A stretch of DNA of 64,000 bases from Balanoglossus misakiensis (taxonomy: Eukaryota > Animalia > Hemichordata). The stretch covers positions 3,456,303-3,520,302 of the forward strand of contig CM082582.2 in NCBI GenBank assembly GCA_040954595.2, written 5' to 3'. Below are positions 52,239-64,000 of this stretch, piece after piece (within the stretch, counting starts at the first letter, position 1; every line of letters starts with the position of its first letter). Both the position numbers and the translations under genes were made by a program. The notes beneath the pieces were generated by a model that was not told where the DNA came from, did not search any database, and saw only the letters and a program-made list of their open reading frames with translations.

Positions 52239-55200
52239 TTATACTTTCACTTCTGCTGGCAATGGGTTGCCATGGATACCAGCCAGTAGATTGTCAACAA
52301 CCAACTGTGCCATTTTCAGACGTGTCTTCACAGTCTGTGATCCAATATGTGGTGTTATTATCACGTTGGAAAATCTCAGCAAAGGATGATCCTGAGGTAG
52401 TGGTTCTGGAGAAGTTACATCAAGTGCGGCACCTGCAATAGTTTGATTCTCTAGAGCTTCACATAGTGCTTTCTGGTCGATGATTGGCCCTGTCATGAGA
52501 ATTAAAACAACATTGAGAACAACATGAATTATTGATTAGAGTAAGGGAATAGATAGTCCCCACGTGCATTTCAAGCACACAACATGCAAAATGTTTGTTT
52601 GACATTTTAACACAGGAAAGTCCTTTGCCTATATGCCTTTTTCATAAAAGACGACGGCCTTCCAAGATGACGCGAAAAGGAGGCCAGTAAGCCACAGAGT
52701 AAAAAGGTTAACGTCTTGTGCTTTCTGGTCGATGATTGGCCCTGTCATGAGAATTAAAACAACATTGAGAACAACATGAATTATTGATTAGAGTAAGGGA
52801 ATAGATAGTCCCCACGTGCATTTCAAGCACACAACATGCAAAATGTTTGTTTGACATTTTAACACAGGAAAGTCCTTTGCCTATATGCCTTTTTCATAAA
52901 AGACGACGGCCTTCCAAGATGACGCGAAAAGGAGGCCAGTAAGCCACAGAGTAAAAAGGTTAACGTCTTGTGTATCATTGATATAGTTGGGAAAGATATC
53001 GACAGCCACATTTTATTGCAAGGTAAATTTTACATTCAAATTGTATCATATATAGAACATACCTCTGGCTATATTCACAACAGTTGCGTTTGGTTTCATT
53101 GAAGTAAATTGATTCTTGCCAATCAAAGCTTCTGTCTCTGCCGTCAAAGGACACGCAATCAACACATAGTCAGCTTCCTTTAAAAGATCATTCAACTCTG
53201 AACAGAAGACTGATCCAATTTGTAATTCTTCATCAATCGGTCTGAAATAAAAAAAAGAGAATCTGAATTCAATCAAAGAAATCAACATTAGTTTTCTCAT
53301 TTTTTTTAATGTTTTTTTTTTTTTTTTTTTTGGGGGGGGGGGGGGTCTTAATTAGTATGAATGCATGCAGGCAGAATCTGTTTCCGGGGATACAATGGGC
53401 CAAAATGGCACAAGAGACTGTCAACAGTGAAAGTGAAAGCTATTACTTCAACATGTAGGCCTAGCACTGAATGTGACCAAATTTTCAGCATTTGGGTGTT
53501 GACTTGTAAATCAAATAATGGGGCCGGCTTTCAAAAAGCCACTGAACAAGCTGGACCTACCAGTTGTGTATGTAATCTATGCATTAATATAAAAAAGGTG
53601 TAAACATCAGGCAAATACAACTGTTTTCATGATATGAGTTCACCTAGCAGGTCTGTGCCGTGAACGTAGGAGTCCCTCAATGACAGTGTCCTACGTTCAA
53701 ACACTGCACTACCAGCCATGTGTTCACATGATTATGTACCAAGCAAGTTATTGAAATAATATGAGTCTTTTAATTGCACAGAAATCCCAATTCACACACC
53801 ATATGTCAGCTGAGCCAGTCTAAACATGTTTATAACCAACCTTCTATTTCTATTGTGGTAAAGTATTTTCATGTCAAATCCCTTGGCTCTTTTGGCTATC
53901 TTGTATCCAATATCTCCCATGCCAACAATTCCCAGTGTAGCACCATGTACATCTGTTCCCATCCAGTGCAGATCAAAGCTGGTCACATCTGGACTATGAG
54001 CAATTTCAACACCTTCAAAAGAAAAACAGGAACATAAGACTTACTTGAAAAATGAAAATGTTATTAAAATATTAATATACTGTAAGGGAAAGTATAGCTG
54101 CACCTGTTGACTTTTTGATAATTTCTGTTTATAGTCCCCACTGGATCTGAGTTTTATAGAACACTGTAGGAAGTCAAGGTAGAATATCAGTCAAGGTCCA
54201 TGTATGTCTGCAATATGGCCCTGGCAATGTTGAGTATTTGCCTGGTGGTATGACATCCATTATAAACCTGTTTGAGAAATAGTGACACATGTTAAAGGAT
54301 ATGTACTGTGCATAATGGTTCACTGTCCATATGTTAAACCCTGGAACAGCCGGGCCAGGGATTTGGATTTAATAATGTAAAGCTTTGCATTGTTGTAGTA
54401 ATGCTTTGACTATATAGTATACAGTAACTAAACAGTCGGAAGCGTTGACTGATTTGTCTGTGTTATATTGCCCAGGTGGGCCAATGGCCATACTGGTGTT
54501 AGTCTCTTATTAACCTGAATAAAATCAGATGTAGATGCTGGTGATAGTTTTGGCTATACTGTTCTCTTAGCTTTGGCTGTTCTGTTCTCTGTCTTGGCTG
54601 TTCTCTGGCCCCTTCCAAAGAACAGCCAAGAATCAGAAAAAGTAAAGACAGCGCCTAACTCTACATCTGATTTTTAATCAGGTTGGTCTCTTAATGCCAG
54701 CCAGTCTTGGAACTGGAGCTTCAAATAATTTGAACGAAACTGTGAGTAGCGAACGAGGTCGTGTAAGAATTCACAAAAAGTTATCCTAAACAAGTGCAAT
54801 CAATCTTACAGGCCTGTGGAGTGTGTTGGTTCAGATATCTGCAAAACAAATGGATGAGTTTGACAGGTCAATAATCTAATGTTACAATCGAAGACCTACA
54901 TACGGTCAGCAATCGCTGCTCATGTTTGATAAACTTCATTAGGCAAATAGCAATAGAAATGGGTGTTCATGGCTTCCTCTGAAACACATCTCCACGTCAT
55001 CTGTATTGGGACTCTGGGTACTGTAGAAATACGGAACATATATACATATTGGACACGCTGCAATCGAGTCCAATACGTCGTCGCTCACCAAGCCCTCGTC
55101 CATACTGGGCCGTATTTTGTGAATAACCCTATTGTTACACACCTCCCTCCATTAAACACCCATTTTACATCTTTTTAGGGTTGATTTACTTGGTTGATGA

Positions 55201-56001
55201 GGCGCACCACGTTATGAATAGCAGGGTGCCACAACTTACTTTCTGTGTAGTGCATTGCTAGCGATCTATGCAAGTTTTCAGTTTAGTCAACTTATAAATT
55301 TAAAAAAATTATTTTATTTAGATCCAATTTGTTGTTTATTGTATTTGTTATTGTGTGGTATGAATGGCCTTCAGGAAAACAGTTGTCATGTCACTGTAAT
55401 AAAATACACTGTAAAATCGTTTGTTAACATTTGCCAGGTCAAAGGTCAAATAGACCAAATGCATCCATATTATTGTGCTTCTCAACACACATCTTTGCAT
55501 TTGTTTTCTAATAGACACTTTAGTTTTAGTTTGAGTGTTTGATAGGAAAATATGCCGACTAACCCCAACGCTCCTGCCGTATATCTTCACAGACGAAAGG
55601 AGAGCTTACTAGTAAAAATACTCACCTCGAATAAATTTTCTGGCTGCTGCAAGTATTAGCAACATTGCCATATCTGCAACGCTGTCCGCAAGAACTTCAG
55701 GTGTATTTCCAACTTTAACGCCATGCTTGTTGAGCATCGGCACATCCAGATGATCAACACCAACTCCAAAATTAGACACAACTTTCAGTCTTGGAAGGGA
55801 TCTTACGAAATCTTCGGTTATCGATGGTTTGCCTGCAAGACTCACTATTCCTTGAATGTTATCAGTAAACTTAGTGCGGTTGGCTTCGAAGTCGTTCCAC
55901 CAAAGAATGTCAACGTGTTTTTCTAACATGGCGATGTGCCCTTCATACCAACCCTTAGGAGATCCTGGGTAAGATGCCAAAATTAATGGTTTGGACGTCA
56001 T
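52239..56001 (-). CDS. Glyoxylate/hydroxypyruvate reductase-like D-2-hydroxyacid dehydrogenase; 4 coding exons, ~325 aa
   Basis: Exons 56001-55626, 54012-53841, 53241-53063, 52489-52239 join in frame. Motifs: [16 protein letters not shown], Rossmann GIVGMGDIG, catalytic [16 protein letters not shown] and ITPHIGS. Exact GRHPR orthology not established. Confidence 0.92.
52466..52972. repeat. Apparently exact 252-bp tandem duplication spanning the last intron/exon junction of the dehydrogenase gene
   Basis: 52466-52717 repeated at 52718-52969, with GTG microhomology at the junctions. Confidence 0.92.
54511..54685. mobile_element. MITE related to family A
   Basis: Termini TAACCTGAATAAAATCAGATGTAG ... 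CTACATCTGATTTTTAATCAGGTTG; flanks GTCTCTTAT (54502-54510) and GTCTCTTAA (54686-54694). In intron 1 of the dehydrogenase gene. Confidence 0.7.
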
Positions 56002-56829
56002 ACTCAGATTTTGATAAGGAGAGAAGGAACCGTACCAACACGCGTTTTCAGCCGACTAGCGACTGTGGGCGTTTCGTTTACAATACAATACTCCCTTCGA
56101 CCTTCTGTTACGCAAGAGAATACGGTCGCTGCCGGCCATTTCCATCCCTGCGCAGAACAACCCCGTTTAGCATGCGCAGTCATCGGCGGACTGGTCCCTA
56201 GACTCTCTCACAGCCTAGCCCCGCCTCTCGCCGTCCATACAGGCTTATAAGGTTATTCAGACTTATGGTCTGATTGCATGTGTGCCCGGTCCCCTGCCCC
56301 AATCACACCGCTGGCTGCGCTACGCTAAAGGGATATTTTCGTAAATTTTGACGGTTTTCTTGAGTTCGTTGGTAATATAACGGAAATAACTGACTCCGCC
56401 CTGACCATTAATGTTTGTTTATGGGTGAGGGCGAGGGGAAAGCCAAAATTTCATGGGCGAGGCTTCCGAGCCCGTGTATTTTGGCTTTCCTCGAGCCCGA
56501 GCGTCGTCCATTATTTCTATATTAGGAATGGCCCACTTTCTTAAAATAGCCGTAAACTACAATATACCAACTGAATGTTTAGAACTAATCAAGCTGAAAA
56601 CTTTCTTACATTTTCATACATTTTGGAAATTACAATTAGTGAAAATGTCAAGGCTGAGAAACAGCTTAGTAATTATAATTTCATAACGTATGATACTGGA
56701 TGTACGAAATTCGAGACTATATGTTTGTCGTAATGCGACGATTGTGCGTGGAATATTTCGTTCCACAGTTGTTAAAATCATTTAGTAGGAGGAAAATTAG
56801 AGATACGCGAAAATCTCATGCACCTTTAA

Positions 56830-57040
56830 AGGTATACGGTCACCTATGAAAAATTAGCTACAGTTACCATGGCAAATTGAGATCACAGATTTTCAGTGGG
56901 TGGCACACGCGAAAAAAGAGCGCCACCATATGTTCTTTAGAACGCTCAAAAACGCCATTTCAGCCATATATGGGCGTGTACTACCATGGAGGTACTAGTA
57001 CCTCCATGGTACTACGTAAATTGGAGGTGACTGTATACCT
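56830..57040. mobile_element. TTAA-flanked MITE, family K (Kolobok-like), copy 2
   Basis: Same TIR and internal sequence as 20482-20655; TTAA at 56826-56829 and 57041-57044; extra 30-bp palindrome at 56982-57011. Confidence 0.8.
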
Positions 57041-58218
57041 TTAACATGTTTAATATAGAGCTTTCGCTCGTATATATTTTGGTGGGTACAGGATTTACGA
57101 TTTCCTTTCGGTGCGTGTGGTGAAACGCGGTTCTTTCCGACAACAAACTGTTGACAAGTAAGCATCCGCATTAATACTGTACTGTTTATGTCTTTCGGTT
57201 CGACTACACAGAAATATTGGGATTTCCGCGAATGAGGCCACCCAGGGCCCAGTAAAGAAACCCTGATCCTGCTGTGTTCTACATTGCGCGTGCGCGAATA
57301 TACCTGGATACTGCGCGTATCAGCTGCGGGGAACGCGGTTTTCCACGTACGAGGACAATACATGTACATGCATTTTCTGAATTATATTCTTAAGTTCCCA
57401 GACCAAGACATTGTCCCAAAGAACACGGTCCGATTCTGGGAAATCTATATTTGAACCTCACTGCGCAAAATTACTGCCGCGGAGTCAGATAATACGATAT
57501 TTTCGATGTTGTGGTTTTGTTATGCGCGCCGGAACTAAACATTCATAACAATTTTTCCACGTTGTGCTGTTGGATTTCGTCATCAGTTCTTTCTAAATTC
57601 AGGTAGGGGGAGGTAGGTAGGGAGGGAGACAGAGGGGCACAGATAGACAGAAATGGACAGAGACAGATAGACAGAAAAACAGATTAGCCACATGACATAA
57701 CAAACCTGTAAATGTAATTTCTCTGTCGAAAAGCGTAACTATGTTGCTCAAATTGTTTGGACTTTCATCAAGTAAGTCGAAATTCTCCTCTGACATAGTG
57801 GCCTATTTCGTCAGCTTTTGACGAAGCGTAATCTGTCCACTAGCAACACAACCCAAAGCCAAGGTTTATACAGCTTTCCCCATTCTGCAACAGTTCGACC
57901 GCCTCATTCCCATGAATATTTGAATACGGATGCTGCATATTATCCCCTTGTTGTTTTGTAGGCCTGTATCGCATGTCCTTCCAGTAGGTCTATCGGAAAG
58001 CCATTGCAAATGGGGAAATATATTGATAGCAATGGCACATGTCAATACATGTAGTTTATAATTACGATGCATGATATGGTTATTTTATAATCAATGACTC
58101 TTGTTCAATTAATATCACGGCTTTTAATCTGAATTTCAAATCCTGAAAAGTTACGGTACGGAATTTTGTAAGAGCTCGCTGTGAAACCTTCTGTATAAGT
58201 ACAGTCTAATAATAATAA

Positions 58219-58327
58219 TGGTGGTGGTGGTGGTGGTGGTGGTGGTGGTGGTGGTGGTGGTGGTGGTGGTGGTGGTGGTGGTGGTGGTGGTGGTGGTGGT
58301 GGTGGTGGTGGTGGTGGTGGTGGTGGT
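58219..58327. repeat. (GGT)n microsatellite
   Basis: Seen directly. Confidence 0.98.
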
Positions 58328-59016
58328 AATTAAAATTAAAGTATTAAGCTTACACACAAAAACCAACGTCAACCATTGTTATACTGTAGAGTATACCAAA
58401 GATAACTATTAAAATGTACATGTATCACTGAAATAGATCAAAAACAATTCACAAAATGTTGGAGGAGTCTAAATTTGATGCCTGGTGTTGGATAAAATAA
58501 GTAAAGTTCGCACTCACCAAATCGTTGAAATTAAAGCAAAATGTTATGTACCTCGTATAATACATTGTCTATGACTAAATAACAAATGCATTTATTGCGG
58601 TACTGACGAAAGACCAAACATTATTTTTATTTAATATCGGGGCCTACTGTTTATTGATTTCACACCATTTTCGTGGTTATCCAACATATGAAAGGGCAAC
58701 TTATGAGGCAAAGGTATTCCGTTTACAAATAGCACCCCCCCCCCCCCAAAAAAAAAAAAAAAAAAACCAAACACCCAAACCCCGCAGGATATATACAACA
58801 TTGCATGCCTATAACGTACAATGTGCCCTCTGGGCATACAAGAAGTTATAGTTCCCGTGTTGCAAACATACAAACTATGTCTGCAGTACAACAATAAATG
58901 AACTAAATGATAAAAACAAAATTCTCTGAAAATACATTGATATTGGGTCTCGCGTGATCAAGTAAGGCTGATCTCACTTGGAGACAGACACGTAATATTT
59001 GACGTGTAAGGCACTT

Positions 59017-61877
59017 TCAGAAAAATCGTGCTTGGGCGCCGTATACGCCGTCATCGCTGGCGTCGCTCGAACTGTAGTCGTCATCATCCACGCCCACGTA
59101 CTTGTGAAATTCTCGAGCAATTTGAACAGTCTTAACGACTGCTTCTTTGGCTAGATCAAATATCTCGTCACCTTCACCCCCATCACCAACGCCCAATCCC
59201 GCGAATTTGTGGGCGAGGGCCATCCCGCTGTGATCTGCATCAAAGCGGGACAATAATTTCTCTAGCCACCCATTTTGCCGGGGATTATAACCAGGCTGAA
59301 TTTCGACCAGGAACATGAAGAGCTTTCCAAAACGATTCGGGAAATCTTTCCATCCGTACCTTTCAATAGTTTTCTTCACCTCGGCGGGAACACTATTACC
59401 GCCACTCCCCACGTAAAAGAACTTATTCTGCGTGTAGATATGGTAATGAAGTTGCTCGAATTCTGAAACACATTTGTGCAGTAGTCTGCTTGCGTTTCGA
59501 AGCAACACCCTTGCGTTTTGGATAACATGCGGATATTCTCGGGACGTGTCACTGATCGGTACTTCGCCGAACACGGTCATGTAATCAGTATACAGGTGTC
59601 TAACCTCCCCCGTGCCCGTTGTAGGAGCCGCGATCTCTTCTAGGTTTTTTTCTAATTGTCTAACCCTGGCATTTAGTTTACTGTTACTTCCGCCACGTTT
59701 TCGTTCGATTAATCTTGATTTGTTCTTGATATTGTAAGAAATTTTGGCGCAATCGCTAAACCACTCTGGTTTAAACTTCTCCGAGTCGTCGCAATGTTTG
59801 AGAATTTTCACCAGGTTCTCCGAACCCTTGAGTGACATGTATTCGGCAGCCGTTGCATATTCTTTTCGCGCCTTTTCCGTCTCAAACATTTCTTCGTGTT
59901 GGCCCCCATTTTGAATGTGGTAGGACACAATTTTCACTGGCTCGCTCTCTTCATCATCGGAATGTTGAACTGAATTCAAATACTCCTGCTTTTTTAAGGC
60001 ATTGTTGGTTTTGTGGAACAACTCTGCCAGTTTAAACGCCACAAAATCAGTACTGTCAACTGCGTAAGCCTTTTCGTAGTAAAAACACGCGGTGTCCAAA
60101 TGTCCAATTTCGGCGTAAATCCAACCGATTAGCCTCAAGGCTTCTGCGTTCATCGGATTTTCGGACAATTCTTTCAATTTTCTCTCAAGCAAGATTTTAG
60201 CCGCTTCCTGCCCGCTGCGACAGTCCGGATAAGCGGCCAGGGCTTTCTTGTAATGTTCAATTGCCTTTAACTTTTCACTCTTTCTGTTCAGTCGCTCTAG
60301 ATATTTTGCAAAATTCAGGTGGGCGTCTGAAGCCTGGGGAGTGCGTGCGTCTGTCTCCCTTATCAGTTGCTCATAAAGTCGCCTGGCTTCCGCGTTGCCG
60401 TTGAGATCGGTGTAGACCTGTACCCTATCGCGCATTGCACCGTACCTCGTTCCGTCTAACGCGATTGCCTTGTCGAAATGTTCGATGGCTTGCAGTAAAC
60501 ACCGCGCCCTTTCCCTCCCTTTAGTTTTAGCTATTTTCTTGTATATGCTTCCCAGTTGCTGGTGGATGAATGCAGATTGAGGGTCAAGCTCTAGGGCGCT
60601 TTTAAACGTTGCAATCGCTCGGACAAACTTGCCTTTCCAGTGGTAATGTTCGGCGACCCGCTGAACTACGGTTACCTCCCCACCCCCGTCTTCGAGGGCC
60701 CTCTCGTAGTGAAACATCGCCTCTATATCGGAATCTCTGCCGGCTAGATTCTTCGCCAAATTGACTCGCGCAAAGGCATTCGAGGGGTTTATGCGCAGAA
60801 TTTTCCGCAGCAACTTTTCCTGCTTTAAAGCCCCCTGTTCCTGATCGAGGAATCGCAAATGGGCGTCTGTTTTCCCCAAGAACATCGCATGCCCAAACAA
60901 CCATTCTTCCTTCCTAGGGAACACTTTCAGGGCGTTTTTATAACATTCTACCCCCCTATCGAACTTACTGGCACCTAACCAACTCAGAGAAAACCCTTCG
61001 TTGACGTACATATACGCCTCGGTCTTTTCACATTTTAACGAATCTTTTTTCCTCAACAGCTCTATTGTTACCCCCCACGCCTTTTCCGTGTCGCCCAACA
61101 ATAATAGCGTCCTCGCCTTATTGGCCAACGTTACCATCAAATTCCCCACTTCTCCTTCGGCGTCCCCAGTAAACTCCCCGAGGGCGTCGTCGAACCATCT
61201 CAGCGCTTCCAGCGGGTCTTTCTCTCCCGGTGGATTCAGAGACGAGACGCAGAGATAACCTCGGAAGGTTTTGGCTGGGCCAGGAACGCGGTCCTTGTGG
61301 TACTTCAGGTGGTTGTCCAAATGGTGTACAACAATCTGAAAAGAAGAGCAAAGTAGAGATACTAACGACACCTTTCTATGGATGTGGTTGGTAGTACTTC
61401 GTGTTCTGAAAGGTATAAGTGTGTGGAGTGACCGTGGTATAAGAGAAGACTTTGGGTTGCCATATTTTAGTGAAAGCGCGTGCTCGTTTCACTAGTCTGT
61501 AAATACTAGTATACAAGAAAATTGTTGTAACACCCAGATTTTGCTCATTTAAATTGTGCTGAGTCAACCATTAAAATAAAATAATATTTGCCAGAAATAT
61601 ATTTTGAATCTGTAGTAGTTTGCTCCCCAAATAGTAAGATTTAATTAAGCCCTTGTTTTAAGAAACCTGCAATTTTTTGAAACCCCAAAATAACACACAC
61701 ACACTCACATCTCATATTCAAGCGCTCATTCAAATATAACGCAATGTAACGAAGTTGGAAATGAATACTTGCACACACCCGGATATCTTTGTCAGTATTT
61801 TCCTCGAGATTCCAGTCAAAGTGACACGGAAACTGCTTTAAAATCCTTTCAAGGGATTCACCGCTGTGTGTAGCCAT
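59017..61877 (-). CDS. IFIT-like tetratricopeptide-repeat protein with long C-terminal extension; 2 coding exons, ~805 aa
   Basis: Exon 61877-61779 (MATHSGESLERILKQFPCHFDWNLEENTDKDIR; GT donor 61778-61777) splices in phase 0 to 61335-59017. N-terminus resembles the IFIT L-x-x-L-x-CHF-x-W-x-L signature; then VTLANKA, EGFSLSWLG...ECYKNAL and many TPRs (FKSALELDPQSAFIHQQLG, HFDKAIALD, HYKKALA, YYEKAYA). Probable 5'UTR intron acceptor near 61897. Confidence 0.85.
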
Positions 61878-61973
61878 CTTTGCGTGATGGGAACTTCTGT
61901 GGAATATATATATACAACAATCAGTTTACGTAGACTTTAAACAAAATAAAAAAACACCACAAACAAGATCCAA

Positions 61974-62089
<116 letters not shown>

Positions 62090-62822
62090 CCTGGAGCGAA
62101 AGAGAGCTTTCTCCAGGTTTGTATTGTGAATGGAGCACAGGCATCATACTACGGCACGTATATGACAACGCAAAATGGTCGGTGTATATTTTGCAAATTA
62201 TAGTCTTTTATACTAACCCTTGTATTTGAATGTTGGATGCCCGGCTCCGCGGTTTAGTCACCGACCTCTGGGGCCAGCCAACTCCTATACAAACGTGGGA
62301 GATGCAGTAGGGCCCACTGTATCGGGAGATATGAAGACATAAAACGAAAATACGTCACTTTTGTACCGTGAACAGGGTACGTACTTCCTATTTCTATGTA
62401 AATGAGCTAATGTTATACAGACGAATCAAGCTCACAGCTATTCTTAGTATTTGTAGCGTGGGGTCAGGCCTTGGTAACCTCCGACTCAACTATGCCACTT
62501 TATGCCAAGCTTGGGCAAATATTGGGCTGGATGCTTTTTTTCAGTACCGTTGGTCTCACCTGGTTGCATGTTGGCGAAACCATTTGGATCATGTGTTCGA
62601 CGTTTGGGTGTGCACTGGCAAACGAACGGAAATTCAGAGGTTTTTGCACATTGTAGAGACTGGTGCGTCTTCTGTTTTGCTCTTGCAGTCTCCATTTGAC
62701 GACGACACAATTTAAGGACACATAAGCCATACCAGATTTGAACACACCCCTCCCCCAATTAGTTAGATGGCCTGGGCAAAGGTGGTAGGTCGACCATGTT
62801 TTGCTGACTAAGAGCGGGTTAA

Positions 62823-62949
62823 ACCGGAAGTGACGTCGTGACACACACCACCTTGCCTGGGCAATAATTTATTAGCAACTATGTAATATTATACAATGAA
62901 CCAAAGCAAACGAAAAAAAACATATATACTTTAGAGGCTTTTCCAGGAA
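62823..62949. promoter_or_regulatory. Candidate IFIT-like promoter elements: overlapping ETS/CRE and a GAS site
   Basis: ACCGGAAGTGACGTC at 62823-62837; TTCCAGGAA at 62941-62949. They could belong to another gene beyond the window. Confidence 0.35.
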
Positions 62950-64000
62950 ACATGCAGTATCTATCAAACTTAGTCTTCCAAGTAACATGCATAACAAATT
63001 CAGTTCAAAATACAGGTTACGTGAATTTAATATTGACTGGTCGATTTAGTCAGCATCAGATCACAAAGCTTTCGGTTTATGTCTCCAATTGTTCATGATG
63101 TCGAACAGATGTCGTTTGGGTCACAGCAACTCATTGGACAGATGTCTGACAATAGACAAAGGCAGTGAATTATAAATATCCCGTTTATTTACAATTATCC
63201 AGGAAATATATAGCGCAAAAATTAACAGTACATTCTTATCGTGTTGTGGGTAACAGTATATAAGTTTATATGAGACATATAAAGCCAAAAATAATTTTAA
63301 GGAAAACCGAATAACCGGCGTAATTAAATGACAAAATGAATTTTATTCAAAATGAAATGTCGTCACCCAGTCATGCTGTGCATAAACACCGTCAGGAAGA
63401 TCGGTGACAGGTCAGCGCAACAATGGCAAACAAAGTATATGTACGATCAAAGTTTGAGTTATAAATCAGCCAGTAATAAATAGAGACACTGATTTATTGC
63501 GAAAACACTCAGCCCTTTTCCAACGAATTTTGGTTCGCATTATTTCTCCACGTCAACAACAATTTATTGCTTGTACAAATGTATTGACAAATGAATTTTT
63601 TCGTTTCATTTTGTTTTCTGGAAGTTAGCTTCTGCCCTCCCGTGTAAGCTCATAGGTCGGTCATAAACACTGTCGACGCCTATTTTATCTGATACTATTT
63701 CTGCAGTATCTCCACAAATACACACATTCAAGCCATGCACGCGCATATAGTTCAGACGTTATTTCACATGCATGTTATGTAAGTACATAGGCCTATATAT
63801 TGATTTTCAGGTTCCCAAAAGACACTCCAAGTATGATATAACAGTGTCAGACATAATTGCAGGCAATTGAGTTGACTTACTGTGGAGTGTCCGCTTAGAT
63901 CTCTTCAGTGAAAAATCTAACTAAACAATTGTCATAACACCGAATTATGAGTAAAATAGGAATGCTAGTACATTCCTGGAACTGTAAAAATCTGATACAT

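Noticed and set aside
61336-61371. ORF-track start MSLVSLLCSSFQ for the TPR protein
   Set aside because: This is the intron polypyrimidine tract and AG; the IFIT-like N-terminus is in the upstream exon 61877-61779.

Overview
AT-rich, intron-containing animal genomic DNA; gene content and repeats suggest a marine invertebrate, probably a deuterostome (inference). Six protein-coding genes could be assembled by hand from GT-AG junctions: a secreted QPD-type C-type lectin (+, 4384-7182), a PPP1R3-family glycogen-targeting PP1 subunit (+, 15481-16284), MYLIP/IDOL (-, 28603-36041), GAS8/DRC4 (+, 40947-48038), a GRHPR-like 2-hydroxyacid dehydrogenase (-, 52239-56001) and an ~805-aa IFIT-like TPR protein (-, 59017-61877). 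Introns and intergenic DNA hold many non-autonomous DNA transposons (foldback elements with 9-10 bp target-site duplications, TTAA-flanked Kolobok- and piggyBac-like elements, a TA-flanked MITE, a MULE-like element) and microsatellites. The most interesting candidate is the IFIT-like gene: its C-terminal extension resembles a HEPN-type RNase fold with an R-x4-H motif and there are STAT (GAS)-type sites upstream, suggesting a possible RNA sensor-effector fusion. Also notable: a 252-bp tandem duplication that copies the last splice acceptor of the GRHPR-like gene, and a ChoRE-like element upstream of PPP1R3. No database searches were run; family calls are from recognised motifs.
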